Below, in pieces: positions 20,725 through 31,300 of a DNA stretch of 64,000 nt. Source of the DNA: an uncultured Actinomycetota bacterium (GTDB lineage: Bacteria; Actinomycetota; Actinomycetes; DATJPE01); NCBI GenBank assembly GCA_963820065.1, contig CAWFYM010000013.1, positions 5,835 through 69,834 on the forward strand. The letters run 5' to 3'. The notes under the pieces are model-generated. The model was not told where the DNA came from. It did not search any database and worked only from the letters and a program-made list of their open reading frames with translations. Every line of letters begins with the position of its first letter. The stretch's first letter is position 1. The position numbers and the translations under genes are program-made.

Positions 20725-20785
20725 GTTGATCTTGAGAGATGCACGCTGGATACGGCGTGTCGCCGTACATCTCTCAAGATCAACC
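20725..20785. repeat. 61-nt near-perfect palindromic element, copy 1 (GTTGATCTTGAGAGATGCACG...CGTACATCTCTCAAGATCAAC)
   Basis: 21-nt arms with one mismatch plus an inner TACGGCG/CGCCGTA stem. Intergenic between divergent genes (hydrolase and moeZ). A second copy is at 31596..31656. Confidence 0.8.
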
Positions 20786-20869
20786 GTCTGGGCGCGGGAG
20801 GCGGTGGCCTGGAACAGGGCGGTGCCTGGCAGCGTTGTAGCCACGGATGACGTCTGAAGTACGTCCCCG

Positions 20870-22075
20870 ATGAGTGTCCAAGAGTTCCGAGGAGCACCTG
20901 CCGTGTCGCTGCCACCCCTGGTCGAGCCCGCTGACGAGCTGACCGTCGATGAGGTCATGCGCTACAGCCGCCACCTGATCATCCCGGACGTCGGGATGAC
21001 CGGGCAGAAGCGGCTGAAGAACGCCAAGGTGCTGTGCGTCGGAGCCGGTGGGCTCGGCTCGCCCGCGCTCATGTACCTCGCCGCGGCCGGTGTCGGGACG
21101 CTCGGGATCGTCGAGTACGACACCGTCGACGAGTCCAACCTGCAACGCCAGATCATCCACGGGCAGTCCGACGTCGGGCGTTCCAAGGCGGAGTCAGCGC
21201 GCGACTCGGTGAAGGAGATCAACCCCTACGTCGACGTACGCCTGCACGAGGTGCGTCTGGACTCCGACAACGTGCTGGAGATCTTCGCGCAGTACGACTT
21301 GATCCTCGACGGCACCGACAACTTCGCCACGCGCTACCTGGTCAACGACGCGTGCGTCCTCCTCGGCAAGCCGTACGTCTGGGGCTCGATCTACCGGTTC
21401 GAAGGACAAGCCTCGGTGTTCTGGGCCGAGCACGGCCCGCAGTACCGCGACCTCTACCCCGAGCCACCGCCCCCGGGCATGGTGCCCAGCTGCGCTGAAG
21501 GCGGCGTGCTGGGTGTCTTGTGTGCGTCGATCGGATCGATCATGGTCACCGAGGCGATCAAGCTCATCACCGGGATCGGCGAGCCGCTGCTTGGCCGACT
21601 GATGGTCTACGACGCCCTGGAGATGACCTACCGGACGCTCAAGCTGCGCAAGGATCCGACCGGGGCGCCGGTGACCGGGCTCATCGACTACGACGCGTTC
21701 TGCGGGACGATCAGCGACGAGGCTGCTGAGGCGGCCAGGGAATCGACGATCAGCGTCCGCCAGCTCGAGGGAATGCTCGAGGCGCGCGACAAGGGCGAGA
21801 CCGATTTCCTCCTGGTGGACGTCCGCGAGCCGAACGAGGCCGAGATCGTGAGCATCCCCGGGGCGGTCCTCACCCCCAAGAACGAGTTCCTCATCGGCGA
21901 CGGGCTCAGCCACCTGCCCCAGGACAAGCCGGTGATCCTCTATTGCAAGGTCGGCAGCCGATCAGCCGAGGTGCTCGCCGTGCTCAAGGCCGCTGGTTTC
22001 TCCGACAGCCAGCACGTCGGAGGCGGCGTGCTCGCCTGGGTCAACCAGATCGACCCCAGCCAGCCCGTCTACTGA
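20870..22075 (+). CDS. moeZ: molybdopterin-synthase adenylyltransferase/sulfurtransferase MoeZ (ThiF-family E1 + rhodanese)
   Basis: 401 aa. ThiF/MoeB domain (VLCVGAGGLGSP), CxxC pairs, C-terminal rhodanese with catalytic CKVGSRS. Confidence 0.9.
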   Translation: MSVQEFRGAPAVSLPPLVEPADELTVDEVMRYSRHLIIPDVGMTGQKRLKNAKVLCVGAGGLGSPALMYLAAAGVGTLGIVEYDTVDESNLQRQIIHGQSDVGRSKAESARDSVKEINPYVDVRLHEVRLDSDNVLEIFAQYDLILDGTDNFATRYLVNDACVLLGKPYVWGSIYRFEGQASVFWAEHGPQYRDLYPEPPPPGMVPSCAEGGVLGVLCASIGSIMVTEAIKLITGIGEPLLGRLMVYDALEMTYRTLKLRKDPTGAPVTGLIDYDAFCGTISDEAAEAARESTISVRQLEGMLEARDKGETDFLLVDVREPNEAEIVSIPGAVLTPKNEFLIGDGLSHLPQDKPVILYCKVGSRSAEVLAVLKAAGFSDSQHVGGGVLAWVNQIDPSQPVY

Positions 22076-22077
22076 CC

Positions 22078-22151
22078 CAACCTCACCCACGACTCGCCGG
22101 CGATGGGCGCGCTCGACGCGTGACCTCGCCGGCGAGTCGTGGGTGAGGTTG
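22078..22151. terminator. long hairpin (25-bp perfect stem, 24-nt loop) between convergent genes; probable bidirectional terminator
   Basis: CAACCTCACCCACGACTCGCCGGCG ... CGCCGGCGAGTCGTGGGTGAGGTTG, directly after the moeZ stop and before the stop of the minus-strand membrane gene. Confidence 0.55.
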
Positions 22152-22157
22152 CCGGGG

Positions 22158-24578
22158 TTAGAGGGCGTCGCGGCGTTGGAGGAACTGGAAGGCGACCCAG
22201 CCCGGCGCGACCGGCAGCCAGTACGTCACCACGCGGAACAGCAACACCGCCGACACTGCTGTGGCGCCGTCGAGCCCGGCTGCCGTCAGCCCCGCCGCCA
22301 ACGCGGCCTCGACGGCGCCGAGCCCGCCAGGTGTCGGCGCCACCGAGCCGATCGCGCTCCCGGTCAGATAGACGACGGCGACCGCCGGCCACGCCAGCTC
22401 ACCGCCGAAGGCGCGCACCGACGCGACCAGGGCCCCGCAATAGGCCAGGTTGAGCAGGATGTTGCCGCCGATGCCTTCCGCGAGCTTGCTGGGTCGCTGG
22501 GCCACGGCGAACAGGGCGGGGATCACCCGCCCCGCCACATCGGTGATCCGGGCGACCACGACCCGCCGCCCCCAGGGCAGAGAGATGACGACGGCGGCCA
22601 CCAGGAGCAGCAGCACGGCCCCGAGGATGGCGCCCTGCGGCGGGTCGAACGATGTCTCGGCCTGGGTCCCGGCGATGACCCCGAAGAGGATCAGCATCAC
22701 GATGTGCACCAGGAACGCCATCGCCTGCCAGACGCCGACGGTGGCCACCGCCACGGATGGGTCGACGCCGGCCTTCTGCAGGAACCGCGCGTTCAGCGCC
22801 ATGCCACCCACGGCCGGTGGCGCGACCAGGCTGACGAAGGACGCCGCCACCTGCGCCAGGAAGGCGCGCACGTACGACACCGACTTGAGCACGAATCCAG
22901 TGAGGCTCAGCGCCGCGCCGATGTACGTCGCCAGCGAGAACCCCAGAGCCACCACCGCCCACCGCCAGTCGGCGGTCGAGATCAGCGTTGAGAGGTCGAC
23001 GTTGCTGAGCTGGGTGAGGACGATGTAGCCAGCGACGCTTCCACCGACAACCACGAACAGCGTCCGGGCAGACAGTCGCTCGAGCCGGACGTCGTGGGTG
23101 GGCACGACGATGTCCTGGGGCAGCACCGCAAGGATCGCCGCGCGGATCTGACGGAGGATCTGCTTGTCGTGGCGCACCGCTTGTCGGCTGGTCCACGTAA
23201 GAGCCAACGGCTGGAGCACGGGCAGGGCTTCGGCAAGCGTCGTGGTCCCCAGCCGTTCGGCAGCTGTGGCTACGGCCCGCTCCGCGCCGACGCAGAGCGC
23301 CACGGTCGTCAGCATCTGAGCGACGTCGATGCGCAGGGCCAGCTCCGAGGCGGCGACCTCTCCGCCGCGGAGTCCGCTCAGGACCACCCGACCCTCGCTC
23401 GAGACGAGGACGGTGCTACCGCTGAGGCCCCGATGGGCGATCCGTGCTCTCCGGAGCGCCGCGAGCTGCGCCCACGCGTCGTCGAGGACCGGGTCAGTGA
23501 CCTCCTCGACGTCCAGCGTTTCCAAGGGCCGGGCGGGCATCTGTTCGAAGGCCATGAGCGCGGCGTAGGGGCCCACCTCGGTGGTGGCCACGAGCGCGGG
23601 TGTACGCGCTCCCGCAGCAGTCACCGCCAGTGTGAGGAGCGCGTCGTGCTCGAGAGATCGGCGCACGGAGACGTACGCCCGCCCGGCGGCATGTCGGCGG
23701 ACCCGCGCTATCCGCCACAGCCGGTAGGCCAGGCCGGCGCCTTCCTGATCTCGGTCGAGCACGACGACGTCCAGCGCCGGGGCGTCGACCCGGTCGGCCA
23801 GGTAGCGACGACCCTCACGTGCCATCACACCCACCCGCGCGAGGCGCGTCAGGCTGACACCAGCGCGAATCAGGGCAAGCGCGATCTCCTCGCCGCCGGG
23901 ACGCGACGCCTGGGTGCCTAGTGCATAGCGCACCAACACCCCGACGGCCAAGCCGAGGAGTGCGCTGGCCGCCAGTGACGCCAGCGTGAGCTGGCCGCCG
24001 ATCAAGGCGGTCATGACGAAGCCGGTCACGACCACCCAGGCACCTACGAGGCCAAGACGTCGGGACCCGACCCGAGCGACCATGAAGAAGGCGCAGATCC
24101 CCGTCATCAGGGCGACGAAGGGCGAGGTAGCCCCTCCCGGCTTGGTCAAGGCGGCCAACAGCCGGGCCGCACCGTCAGCGTTGAGGATGACCGCGTCAAG
24201 GATGGCGACGACAAGGATGGCCACGGCGACGCCGAGAAGGGCGTCCAGCAGCATGCGACCACGTCGCCTGAGGATCAGGTCGACGCCCACGACGATCGGC
24301 AACCCCAGGAATCCGAAGCCGACCACGAGGTTGATGACGAACAGCACCGGCCCCGGCAGCAGGGAGACCGCATCGGTCACGTCGCTCTCGACGCCGTCGC
24401 TCGTCTCGGTAGCGAACGTGGCTAGGACGAGCAGCGCAGCAAGGAGCGCCAGCAGGAACGCCAGCCGGATCAGGTCGCTCGGCATCCGGACGCGGTCGGC
24501 CTTCTCGGGCTCCACGATCTCGACCCCGAGCAAGTCTGGATGGCGGGCCTCGCCCACCCCCACCTCGCCGCCGCTCAC
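22158..24578 (-). CDS. large polytopic membrane protein (flippase-like / lysyl-phosphatidylglycerol-synthase TM-domain-like), function unknown
   Basis: 806-aa ORF with many hydrophobic segments and clear coding character. Family assignment is from memory only. Confidence 0.45.
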   Translation of the reverse strand: MSGGEVGVGEARHPDLLGVEIVEPEKADRVRMPSDLIRLAFLLALLAALLVLATFATETSDGVESDVTDAVSLLPGPVLFVINLVVGFGFLGLPIVVGVDLILRRRGRMLLDALLGVAVAILVVAILDAVILNADGAARLLAALTKPGGATSPFVALMTGICAFFMVARVGSRRLGLVGAWVVVTGFVMTALIGGQLTLASLAASALLGLAVGVLVRYALGTQASRPGGEEIALALIRAGVSLTRLARVGVMAREGRRYLADRVDAPALDVVVLDRDQEGAGLAYRLWRIARVRRHAAGRAYVSVRRSLEHDALLTLAVTAAGARTPALVATTEVGPYAALMAFEQMPARPLETLDVEEVTDPVLDDAWAQLAALRRARIAHRGLSGSTVLVSSEGRVVLSGLRGGEVAASELALRIDVAQMLTTVALCVGAERAVATAAERLGTTTLAEALPVLQPLALTWTSRQAVRHDKQILRQIRAAILAVLPQDIVVPTHDVRLERLSARTLFVVVGGSVAGYIVLTQLSNVDLSTLISTADWRWAVVALGFSLATYIGAALSLTGFVLKSVSYVRAFLAQVAASFVSLVAPPAVGGMALNARFLQKAGVDPSVAVATVGVWQAMAFLVHIVMLILFGVIAGTQAETSFDPPQGAILGAVLLLLVAAVVISLPWGRRVVVARITDVAGRVIPALFAVAQRPSKLAEGIGGNILLNLAYCGALVASVRAFGGELAWPAVAVVYLTGSAIGSVAPTPGGLGAVEAALAAGLTAAGLDGATAVSAVLLFRVVTYWLPVAPGWVAFQFLQRRDAL

Positions 24579-24680
24579 CGGGTGATCGTGTCACGGCGGG
24601 ATCGAGCGGTCGGGGATCCGGGCTCCCGGGTGAGGGACTCCCTCCCGGCGTTAGGCAGAACGCCTGAGAGATCAGCCAGG

Positions 24681-24986
24681 ATGAATGGCGTGCTGCCTAC
24701 TCCCTACGCCGAGCAGGTCCTCGACCTCGTCGCGCAGATCCCCTCTGGTCGGGTCATGACGTACGGCGACGTCGCCGGTCACGTGGGAGGCGCCGCGATC
24801 TCGGTCGGGCGTGTGATGAGCCGGTTCGGCTCCGGCGTTCCCTGGTGGAGGGTGATTCGCGCAGGCGGACTGATGCCCCCCGGTCACGAGGACGAGGCGG
24901 CTCGACGTCTCGCGAGCGAGCATGCGCCGTTCCGCGAACCTGGGGTTCGCGTCGACGTCGCCCGATGCCGCTGGGTCCCCGACTGA
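24681..24986 (+). CDS. MGMT-family (alkyltransferase-like, DNA-binding domain) protein
   Basis: ATG 24681. GRVMTYGDVAGHVGGAAISVGRVM...PWWRVIRAGG matches the methylated-DNA-protein-cysteine methyltransferase C-terminal fold without an obvious PCHR cysteine. Confidence 0.65.
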   Translation: MNGVLPTPYAEQVLDLVAQIPSGRVMTYGDVAGHVGGAAISVGRVMSRFGSGVPWWRVIRAGGLMPPGHEDEAARRLASEHAPFREPGVRVDVARCRWVPD

Positions 24987-25041
24987 CTCGGACCCGCCCG
25001 TCGGAGGTCGAGGCGTCGGCGCGGTCTGGTTCGCTGCACCT

Positions 25042-28000
25042 ATGAGTTCCACGCCGGCGACTGCAGGCCCACGCCGGGCCGCTTCAGGCCGGGCCCCTTT
25101 CCGGCTGGTTGCCGAGACTCTGCCGGCGGTCGTGCCTCCGACCCTCGATGAAGCCCAGGAAGCAGTGGTCCGAGTCGTGGGCACCCCCGGCCACGGGCCC
25201 TTGCTGGTGCTCGCCGGACCGGGCACCGGGAAGACCACCACGCTGGTCGAAGCAGTCTGCGCGAGAGTCGCGTCGGGCACCGCGCCCGATCGCATCCTGA
25301 CCCTGACCTTCTCCCGCCGCGCCGCCAGCGAGCTGCGCGACCGCATCGCCGCGAGGCTCGGCCGCACCGTCGAAGCGCAGTCGGCGTGGACCTTCCACGC
25401 CTTCGCCTACGCCCTCGCCGGGGAAACCCGACCCAGTGAAGACCTCGGGCGCCCGCTGCGGCTGCTGTCCGGACCGGAGCAGGACGTCGTCGTTCGCGAG
25501 CTGCTCGCCGGTGACCGGGCCGATGGGCTGCGCGAGTGGCCTGAAGAGCTCGCGGTCGCGCTGGGCACCCGAGGTTTCGCCGACGAGGTGCGCACCCTGC
25601 TCGCCCGGGCGAGGGGCTTTGGGCTCGAGCCGCCCGACCTCGCGCAGTTCGCGGCTGAGGCTGGGGCCCGTGCTGACTGGCGGGCCGCCGCGCGGTTCCT
25701 TGAGCAATACCTCGAGGTCCTCGATCAGCTGGGAGCGCTCGACTACGCCGAGCTCGTCCATCGCGCCGTCGTGCACGCGGAGTCGTCGTCCGGTCGGGCG
25801 GCCCTGCGGGCCCGCTACGACCTCGTCGTGGTCGATGAATACCAGGACACCGACCCGGCCCAGGAGCGCCTGCTCTCGGCGATCGCCGGTGATGGCCGCG
25901 ACCTCGTCGTCGTCGGCGACCCCGACCAGTCCATCTACAGCTTTCGTGGGGCCGAGGTCCGCGGGCTCCTCGACTTTCGAACCCGCTTCCTGACCGGGGA
26001 CGGCGACCCGGCAGGGGTCGCCTCACTGCGCGTCTCGCGGCGGGCCGGCGCAGACCTGCTGGCCGCCTCTCGGTCGGTGGCCCGACGCATGCCGCTCGCT
26101 GGCGGAGGCCTCGCCGACGCGCTGCGCCAGCATCGGGCTCTCGCCCCAGCCGGCGGGCTCCCGGCCGGTGACGTCGACGTCTGGACCTATCCCTCGCCGT
26201 CGGCACAGCTCGACGCCGTCGCTGACGTACTCCGCCGCGCTCACCTCGACGACGGTCTTCCGTGGTCGCAGATGGCCGTGCTGGTCCGATCCGGCGTTCG
26301 GTCGTTGCCCTACCTCCGTCGCGTGCTCGGCGCCTCGGGTGTGCCGGTGGAGGTGGCCTCGGATGAGCTGCCGCTGGCGCGCGAGCCCGCCGTGGCCCCG
26401 CTCCTGCTCGCCTTGCGGGTCGTGGCCGAGCCGGCTCTGCTCACCCAGGAGGCGGCAGCCGACCTGCTGCTGAGCCCGCTCGGTGGGATGGAGGCGTCCG
26501 GCCTGCGCCGGCTTGGGCGGCTGTTGCGCGACGAGGAGCGTGCGACATCCGCAGCAGCGCTGCCCAGGCCCAGCGCCGAGCTCGTCCGCGAGGTGCTCGC
26601 CGAGCCCGAACGCCTCGTGGCTCTCGACGACGCGATCGTCGGACCGGCCTCGCGACTCGCGGCCCTTCTCGCCAAGGCGCGGGAGGTCTCGCTCGACGGC
26701 GGCTCGGCTTATGACGTGCTCTGGTCGTTGTGGGACGGCACGTCCCTGCCGCGTCGCCTCGAGCGAGCGAGCTGGGCTGGCGGTCCAGCCGGCCGGCTGG
26801 CCGATCGTGACCTCGACGCCGTCGTCGCGCTGTTCGAGGCGGCTTCGCGGTTCGAGGACCGCACGGAGCGCCGAGGCGTCCGCACCTTCCTCGAGGAGCT
26901 CGAGGCCCAGCAGATTCCCGCCGACACTCTCGCCGAGCGCGCCCTGCGCGGCGACGCCGTTCGGCTGCTCACAGCCCACCGGAGCAAGGGTCTCGAGTGG
27001 GACCTCGTCGTGGTCATCGATGTCCAGGAGGACGGCTGGCCAGACCTCCGGCGACGCGGCTCCCTGCTCGAGGCCGAGCAGCTGACCTCCGACGGCCACG
27101 CGCCGCCGCCGGCGCCGGCCGAGCTGCTCGCGGAGGAGCGCCGACTGTTCTACGTCGCGGTCACCCGAGCCCGCCGTCGCCTCGTCGTCACCGCGGTCGA
27201 CTCGCCGGAGGACGACGGCTCGCGGCCCAGCCGGTTCGTCGCCGAGCTCGGCGTCCCCGTGGTCCCCGTCGCCGAGCGTCCGCGCCGCCCGCTGACGCTG
27301 ACCGCCCTCGTCGCCGAGCTGCGGGCGACGGCCGCCGACCCGAGCGTCGACGAGCCGATGCGTCGAGCAGCAGCCGTACGCCTCGCGCGACTCGCGTCCG
27401 CCACCTCCGCCGAGGGCACCCCGCTCGTGCCGGGGGCGCACCCCGACCACTGGTGGGGACTCGAAGACCTCACTGACCCCCAACACCCGCTGCACCCAGA
27501 CGGCGCACCGATCCGGCTGTCGGGTTCCTCGCTCTCGGGGCTCCTCGACTGCCCGCTGCGCTGGTTCCTCGAGCACGAAGCCAAGGCCGCCACCGCGCGG
27601 AGCACGGCCCTGGGGTTCGGGTCCGTGGTCCACACCATCGCCGACGACGTCGCCAAGGGCACGAGTCCCGCCGAGATCGAACCGCTCATGCTGCTGCTCG
27701 ACCGGGTCTGGGACGCCTTGGCGTTCGAGGCCCGATGGCAGTCGGTGCGTCAGCGCATCGAGGCTCGCAAGGCGCTTGAACGGTTCCTGACCTGGCACAC
27801 CGAGGACCGCGGCCGCCGCCTCGTCGCCTCCGAGCACCCGTTCACCGTGAGCTTGGCTGTCGGTGACCGTGAGGTCGTGCTCCGCGGCTCCATGGACCGG
27901 GTGGAGGTCGACCGCGACGGGCTGGTCCACGTCATCGACCTCAAGACCGGGAAGAGCCTGCCCACCGGCCCCAAGGTCGCTGAGCACCCCCAGCTCGGCG

Positions 28001-28305
28001 TCTACCAGGTCGCGGTCCGTGAGGGCGCCGTCGCCGACCTCGAGGGGCTCGATGACGCCGTCAGCGGCGGAGCCGAGCTCGTCCAGCTCCGTGCCGGCAG
28101 CAAGGGCGGTCGACCGAAGGTGCAGGGGCAGCCACCGCTAGCCGTCCACGAGGACGGCACCACCGACGTCGATCGCCACCTGGCCGAGGCCGTCCGCACC
28201 ATGACGGCGGAGGAGTTCCCGCCTACCCCCGGCGAGTCGTGCAGCTATTGCCAGTTCAAGGCGTCGTGCCCGGCGCGCGACGAAGGCCGGCAGGTGGTCC
28301 GGTGA
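25042..28305 (+). CDS. adnA: ATP-dependent helicase-nuclease subunit, AdnA-like (UvrD-like motor + C-terminal PD-(D/E)xK nuclease)
   Basis: Listed ORF 24922..28305 would overlap the MGMT gene by 65 nt; the in-frame ATG 25042 is preferred. Walker A GPGTGKTT, UvrD motifs, C-terminal RecB-like nuclease with CxxC...C cluster (SCSYCQFKASCP). Confidence 0.75.
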   Translation: MSSTPATAGPRRAASGRAPFRLVAETLPAVVPPTLDEAQEAVVRVVGTPGHGPLLVLAGPGTGKTTTLVEAVCARVASGTAPDRILTLTFSRRAASELRDRIAARLGRTVEAQSAWTFHAFAYALAGETRPSEDLGRPLRLLSGPEQDVVVRELLAGDRADGLREWPEELAVALGTRGFADEVRTLLARARGFGLEPPDLAQFAAEAGARADWRAAARFLEQYLEVLDQLGALDYAELVHRAVVHAESSSGRAALRARYDLVVVDEYQDTDPAQERLLSAIAGDGRDLVVVGDPDQSIYSFRGAEVRGLLDFRTRFLTGDGDPAGVASLRVSRRAGADLLAASRSVARRMPLAGGGLADALRQHRALAPAGGLPAGDVDVWTYPSPSAQLDAVADVLRRAHLDDGLPWSQMAVLVRSGVRSLPYLRRVLGASGVPVEVASDELPLAREPAVAPLLLALRVVAEPALLTQEAAADLLLSPLGGMEASGLRRLGRLLRDEERATSAAALPRPSAELVREVLAEPERLVALDDAIVGPASRLAALLAKAREVSLDGGSAYDVLWSLWDGTSLPRRLERASWAGGPAGRLADRDLDAVVALFEAASRFEDRTERRGVRTFLEELEAQQIPADTLAERALRGDAVRLLTAHRSKGLEWDLVVVIDVQEDGWPDLRRRGSLLEAEQLTSDGHAPPPAPAELLAEERRLFYVAVTRARRRLVVTAVDSPEDDGSRPSRFVAELGVPVVPVAERPRRPLTLTALVAELRATAADPSVDEPMRRAAAVRLARLASATSAEGTPLVPGAHPDHWWGLEDLTDPQHPLHPDGAPIRLSGSSLSGLLDCPLRWFLEHEAKAATARSTALGFGSVVHTIADDVAKGTSPAEIEPLMLLLDRVWDALAFEARWQSVRQRIEARKALERFLTWHTEDRGRRLVASEHPFTVSLAVGDREVVLRGSMDRVEVDRDGLVHVIDLKTGKSLPTGPKVAEHPQLGVYQVAVREGAVADLEGLDDAVSGGAELVQLRAGSKGGRPKVQGQPPLAVHEDGTTDVDRHLAEAVRTMTAEEFPPTPGESCSYCQFKASCPARDEGRQVVR

Positions 28306-31300
28306 CCCAGCTGTCGTTCCTTGACGCACCCGATCCAGGGCCGCCCATGACCCCGAGCTCCCTGCGCGAGCTCTTCGGTGTCCCGTTCACCGACCAACAG
28401 CTCGCCGCGATCACCGCGCCGCTCGAGCCCGGTGTCGTCATCGCCGGCGCCGGCTCCGGGAAGACCACCGTGATGGCCGCCCGGGTCGTGTGGCTGGTCG
28501 GCACCGGTGCCGTACGCCCCGAGGAGGTGCTGGGGCTCACGTTCACCAACAAAGCCGCGGCCGAGCTCGCCGTCCGCATCCGCACCGCCTTGGCGCTGCT
28601 GCCGTCGCCCAAGCCGACCGAGGCCTCGGGTGACCCAGCCTCCGACGCGCTGCCGGTCGACGGCGAGCCGACGGTCGCGACCTACCACGCCTACGCGGGA
28701 CGACTGCTGCGCGACCATGGACTGCGCATCGGCGTCGAGCCGGGGGCGCGGCTGCTCGCCGACGCGACGCGCTTCCAGCTCGCGGAGCGGGTGCTGCGGC
28801 GGGCCCCGGGTCCGTTCGACAGCCTCGACAAGACCGTGCCCTCTCTCGTCGGGGAGATCGTGGCGCTCGACAGCGAGCTGTCCGAGCATCTCGTCTCCAC
28901 CGTGAAGCTGCGAGTCCACGATGAGGCGCTGGTCCGCGAGATCGGCCGGGTCGCCAAGCCGGTCGCCGACGTGCTCAAGACCCGCGATGCAGCCCTCCAG
29001 CGGGGCGAGCTGGCGCAGGTGGTCGACCTGCTCCGTCAGGAGAAGGTCAGCCTCGGCGTGCTCGACTTCGGTGACCAGCTGGCGGAAGCCGTACGCCTGG
29101 TCCGCGAGCACCCGTCGGTGGCCGCCGCCGAGCGGCGGCGCTACAAGGTCGTGCTCCTCGACGAATACCAAGACACGTCGGTAGCCCAGATGGTCCTGCT
29201 CACATCGCTCTTCCGCGACGGCCACCCCGTCACCGCTGTCGGTGACCCGTGTCAGGCGATCTACGGCTGGCGCGGCGCCTCGGTCGGCAACATTGATGCC
29301 TTCCCCGACGACTTCCCCCAGACCGACGGGATGCCGGCGCGGCGCTTCGACCTCGCGCAGAACAACCGCAGCGGTGGCCTGCTCCTCAAGCTGGCCAACG
29401 CGCTGTCGGCCGACCTGCGGGCGAGGCACCCAGGTTTGCTCGAGCTCGCGCCAAGACCCGGCGTCGAGGCCGACGGCCGCACCGTGGTGGGCCTCTTCGA
29501 GCGGCAGGCCGACGAGGTCGAGTGGGTGGCCGATTCAGTCGCCCGCCAGCTGCAAGACCCGAACACCCGCCCCCGCGACATCGCGGTGCTCGTGCGGGTG
29601 CGCGCAGACTTCGCGCCCTACCACGACGCGCTGGTTGCCCGCGGGGTCCCGGTGGAGGTCGTCGGGCTCGGTGGGTTGCTCGCCCTCCCCGAGGTGGCCG
29701 ATCTCGTCGCGACCTTGGACGTCTTGATCGACGCGACGGCCAACACCTCGCTCGTACGGCTGCTGACCGGACCGCGGTGGCGCATCGGTCCGCGTGACCT
29801 CGTGCTGCTCGGTCGTCGCGCCGCCGACCTCGTACGCACCGGTCCGGGTGCCCCTGACCCCGACGACGCCGCTTCGGTTAACGAGGGCGCGGACGTCGAT
29901 GCGGTCGACGTCGAGCAGTTGCTCGAAGAGGCCGTGGCGGGTGTGGACCCGGCCGAGGTCGTGTCGCTCACCGAGGCGCTCGAGCGACCGGGCGGCGCGG
30001 CCTACTCGCCCGAGGCGCGCGGACGGTTCGCCCGTCTGGACGCCGAGCTGCGCGGCCTGCGCCGCCACGTCGGTGACCCGCTCCTCGACCTGCTCCACCG
30101 GGTGCTCGCCACGACGGGTCTCGAGGTCGAGGTGGGCGCCGCGCCCAACGCGCCGCGCACCCGCCGATCGGAGGCCCTGGCCTCGTTCCTCGACCACGCG
30201 GCGGCCTTCGCCGACCTCGACGGCGACGCCGGCGTCCGCGCGTTCCTCGCCTACCTGGCCGCGGCCGAGCGGTTCGAGCGGGGGCTCGACACGGCGGCGC
30301 CGACTTCCGGTGACACGGTCAAGCTGATGACCGTCCACAAGGCCAAAGGTCTCGAGTGGCCGATCGTCGTCGTGCCTGACGTGACTCGAGGGGTTTTCCC
30401 GTCGGGGCGCGGGCGGTCGTCCTGGATCACGAGCGGGTCCGCTCTGCCGACGGGGTTGCGCGGGGACGCGTCCGACTTCCCCCTCTCGCCCCAGTGGTCG
30501 ACCAAGGGGCTGGCCGCCTTCAAGGCAGAGATGAAGGCCCTCGACGAGCTCGAGGAGCGACGGCTGGCCTATGTGGCCTTGACCCGTGCGAAGGACACGC
30601 TTGTGGTGACCGGTCACTGGTGGGGTCCGACGCAGAAGCGGCGGCGCGGCCCGTCGCCCTTCCTCGAGGAGGTCCACGCCCACTGCCTGGCCGGCCACGG
30701 GACGGTCGCGGTGTGGACCGAGGCTCCCGAGGTTGAGGCCAACCCATGGCTCGCCGAGGCCGGCGGCGAGGGCTTCACCTGGCCGCTGCCTCTCGACGAG
30801 GATGCCTTGGCCGAGCGCCGCCACGCCCGCGACCTCGTCCTCACCTCCCTCGCCGAGCTCGAGGATCCTCGCGATCAGGGACGCTCCGTGCTTCCAGGCG
30901 CCGGCGGAGCAGGCGGTCCGGAGGTCGACGGGGAGCTGACGGCGGCCTGGGACCGAGATGCGGCCGCCCTTCTCGAGGAGGCCCGCACGCTGCACACGGC
31001 CGTTCACGACGTACCGGTGCCAGCCGCGCTCTCCGCGTCCTCGCTCGTACGCCTCGCGGCCGATCCCGACGGGCTGGCCCGCGCCCTGGCCCGACCGATG
31101 CCTCGACCTCCAGCTCCTGCAGCCCGGCGCGGCACGCGGTTCCACGGCTGGGTGGAGGGTTTGTTCGGCGAGCAACCGCTCCTCGATCGCAGCGACCTCG
31201 AGGGCGCAGCCGACGACGACCGCGTCGGCGATGCTGACCTCGAGTCGCTGCAGGCGGCCTTCCTCGCCGGCCCCTACGCCACGACACCCCCCCTCCGCGT

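Noticed and set aside
22139-22991. Multiple long Arg/Pro-rich ORFs antisense to the 806-aa membrane protein gene and others (e.g. 22143..22991, 25040..26206, 37158..38846)
   Set aside because: These are typical high-GC antisense open frames with extreme R/G/P/A content, no motifs, and complete overlap with well-supported genes.
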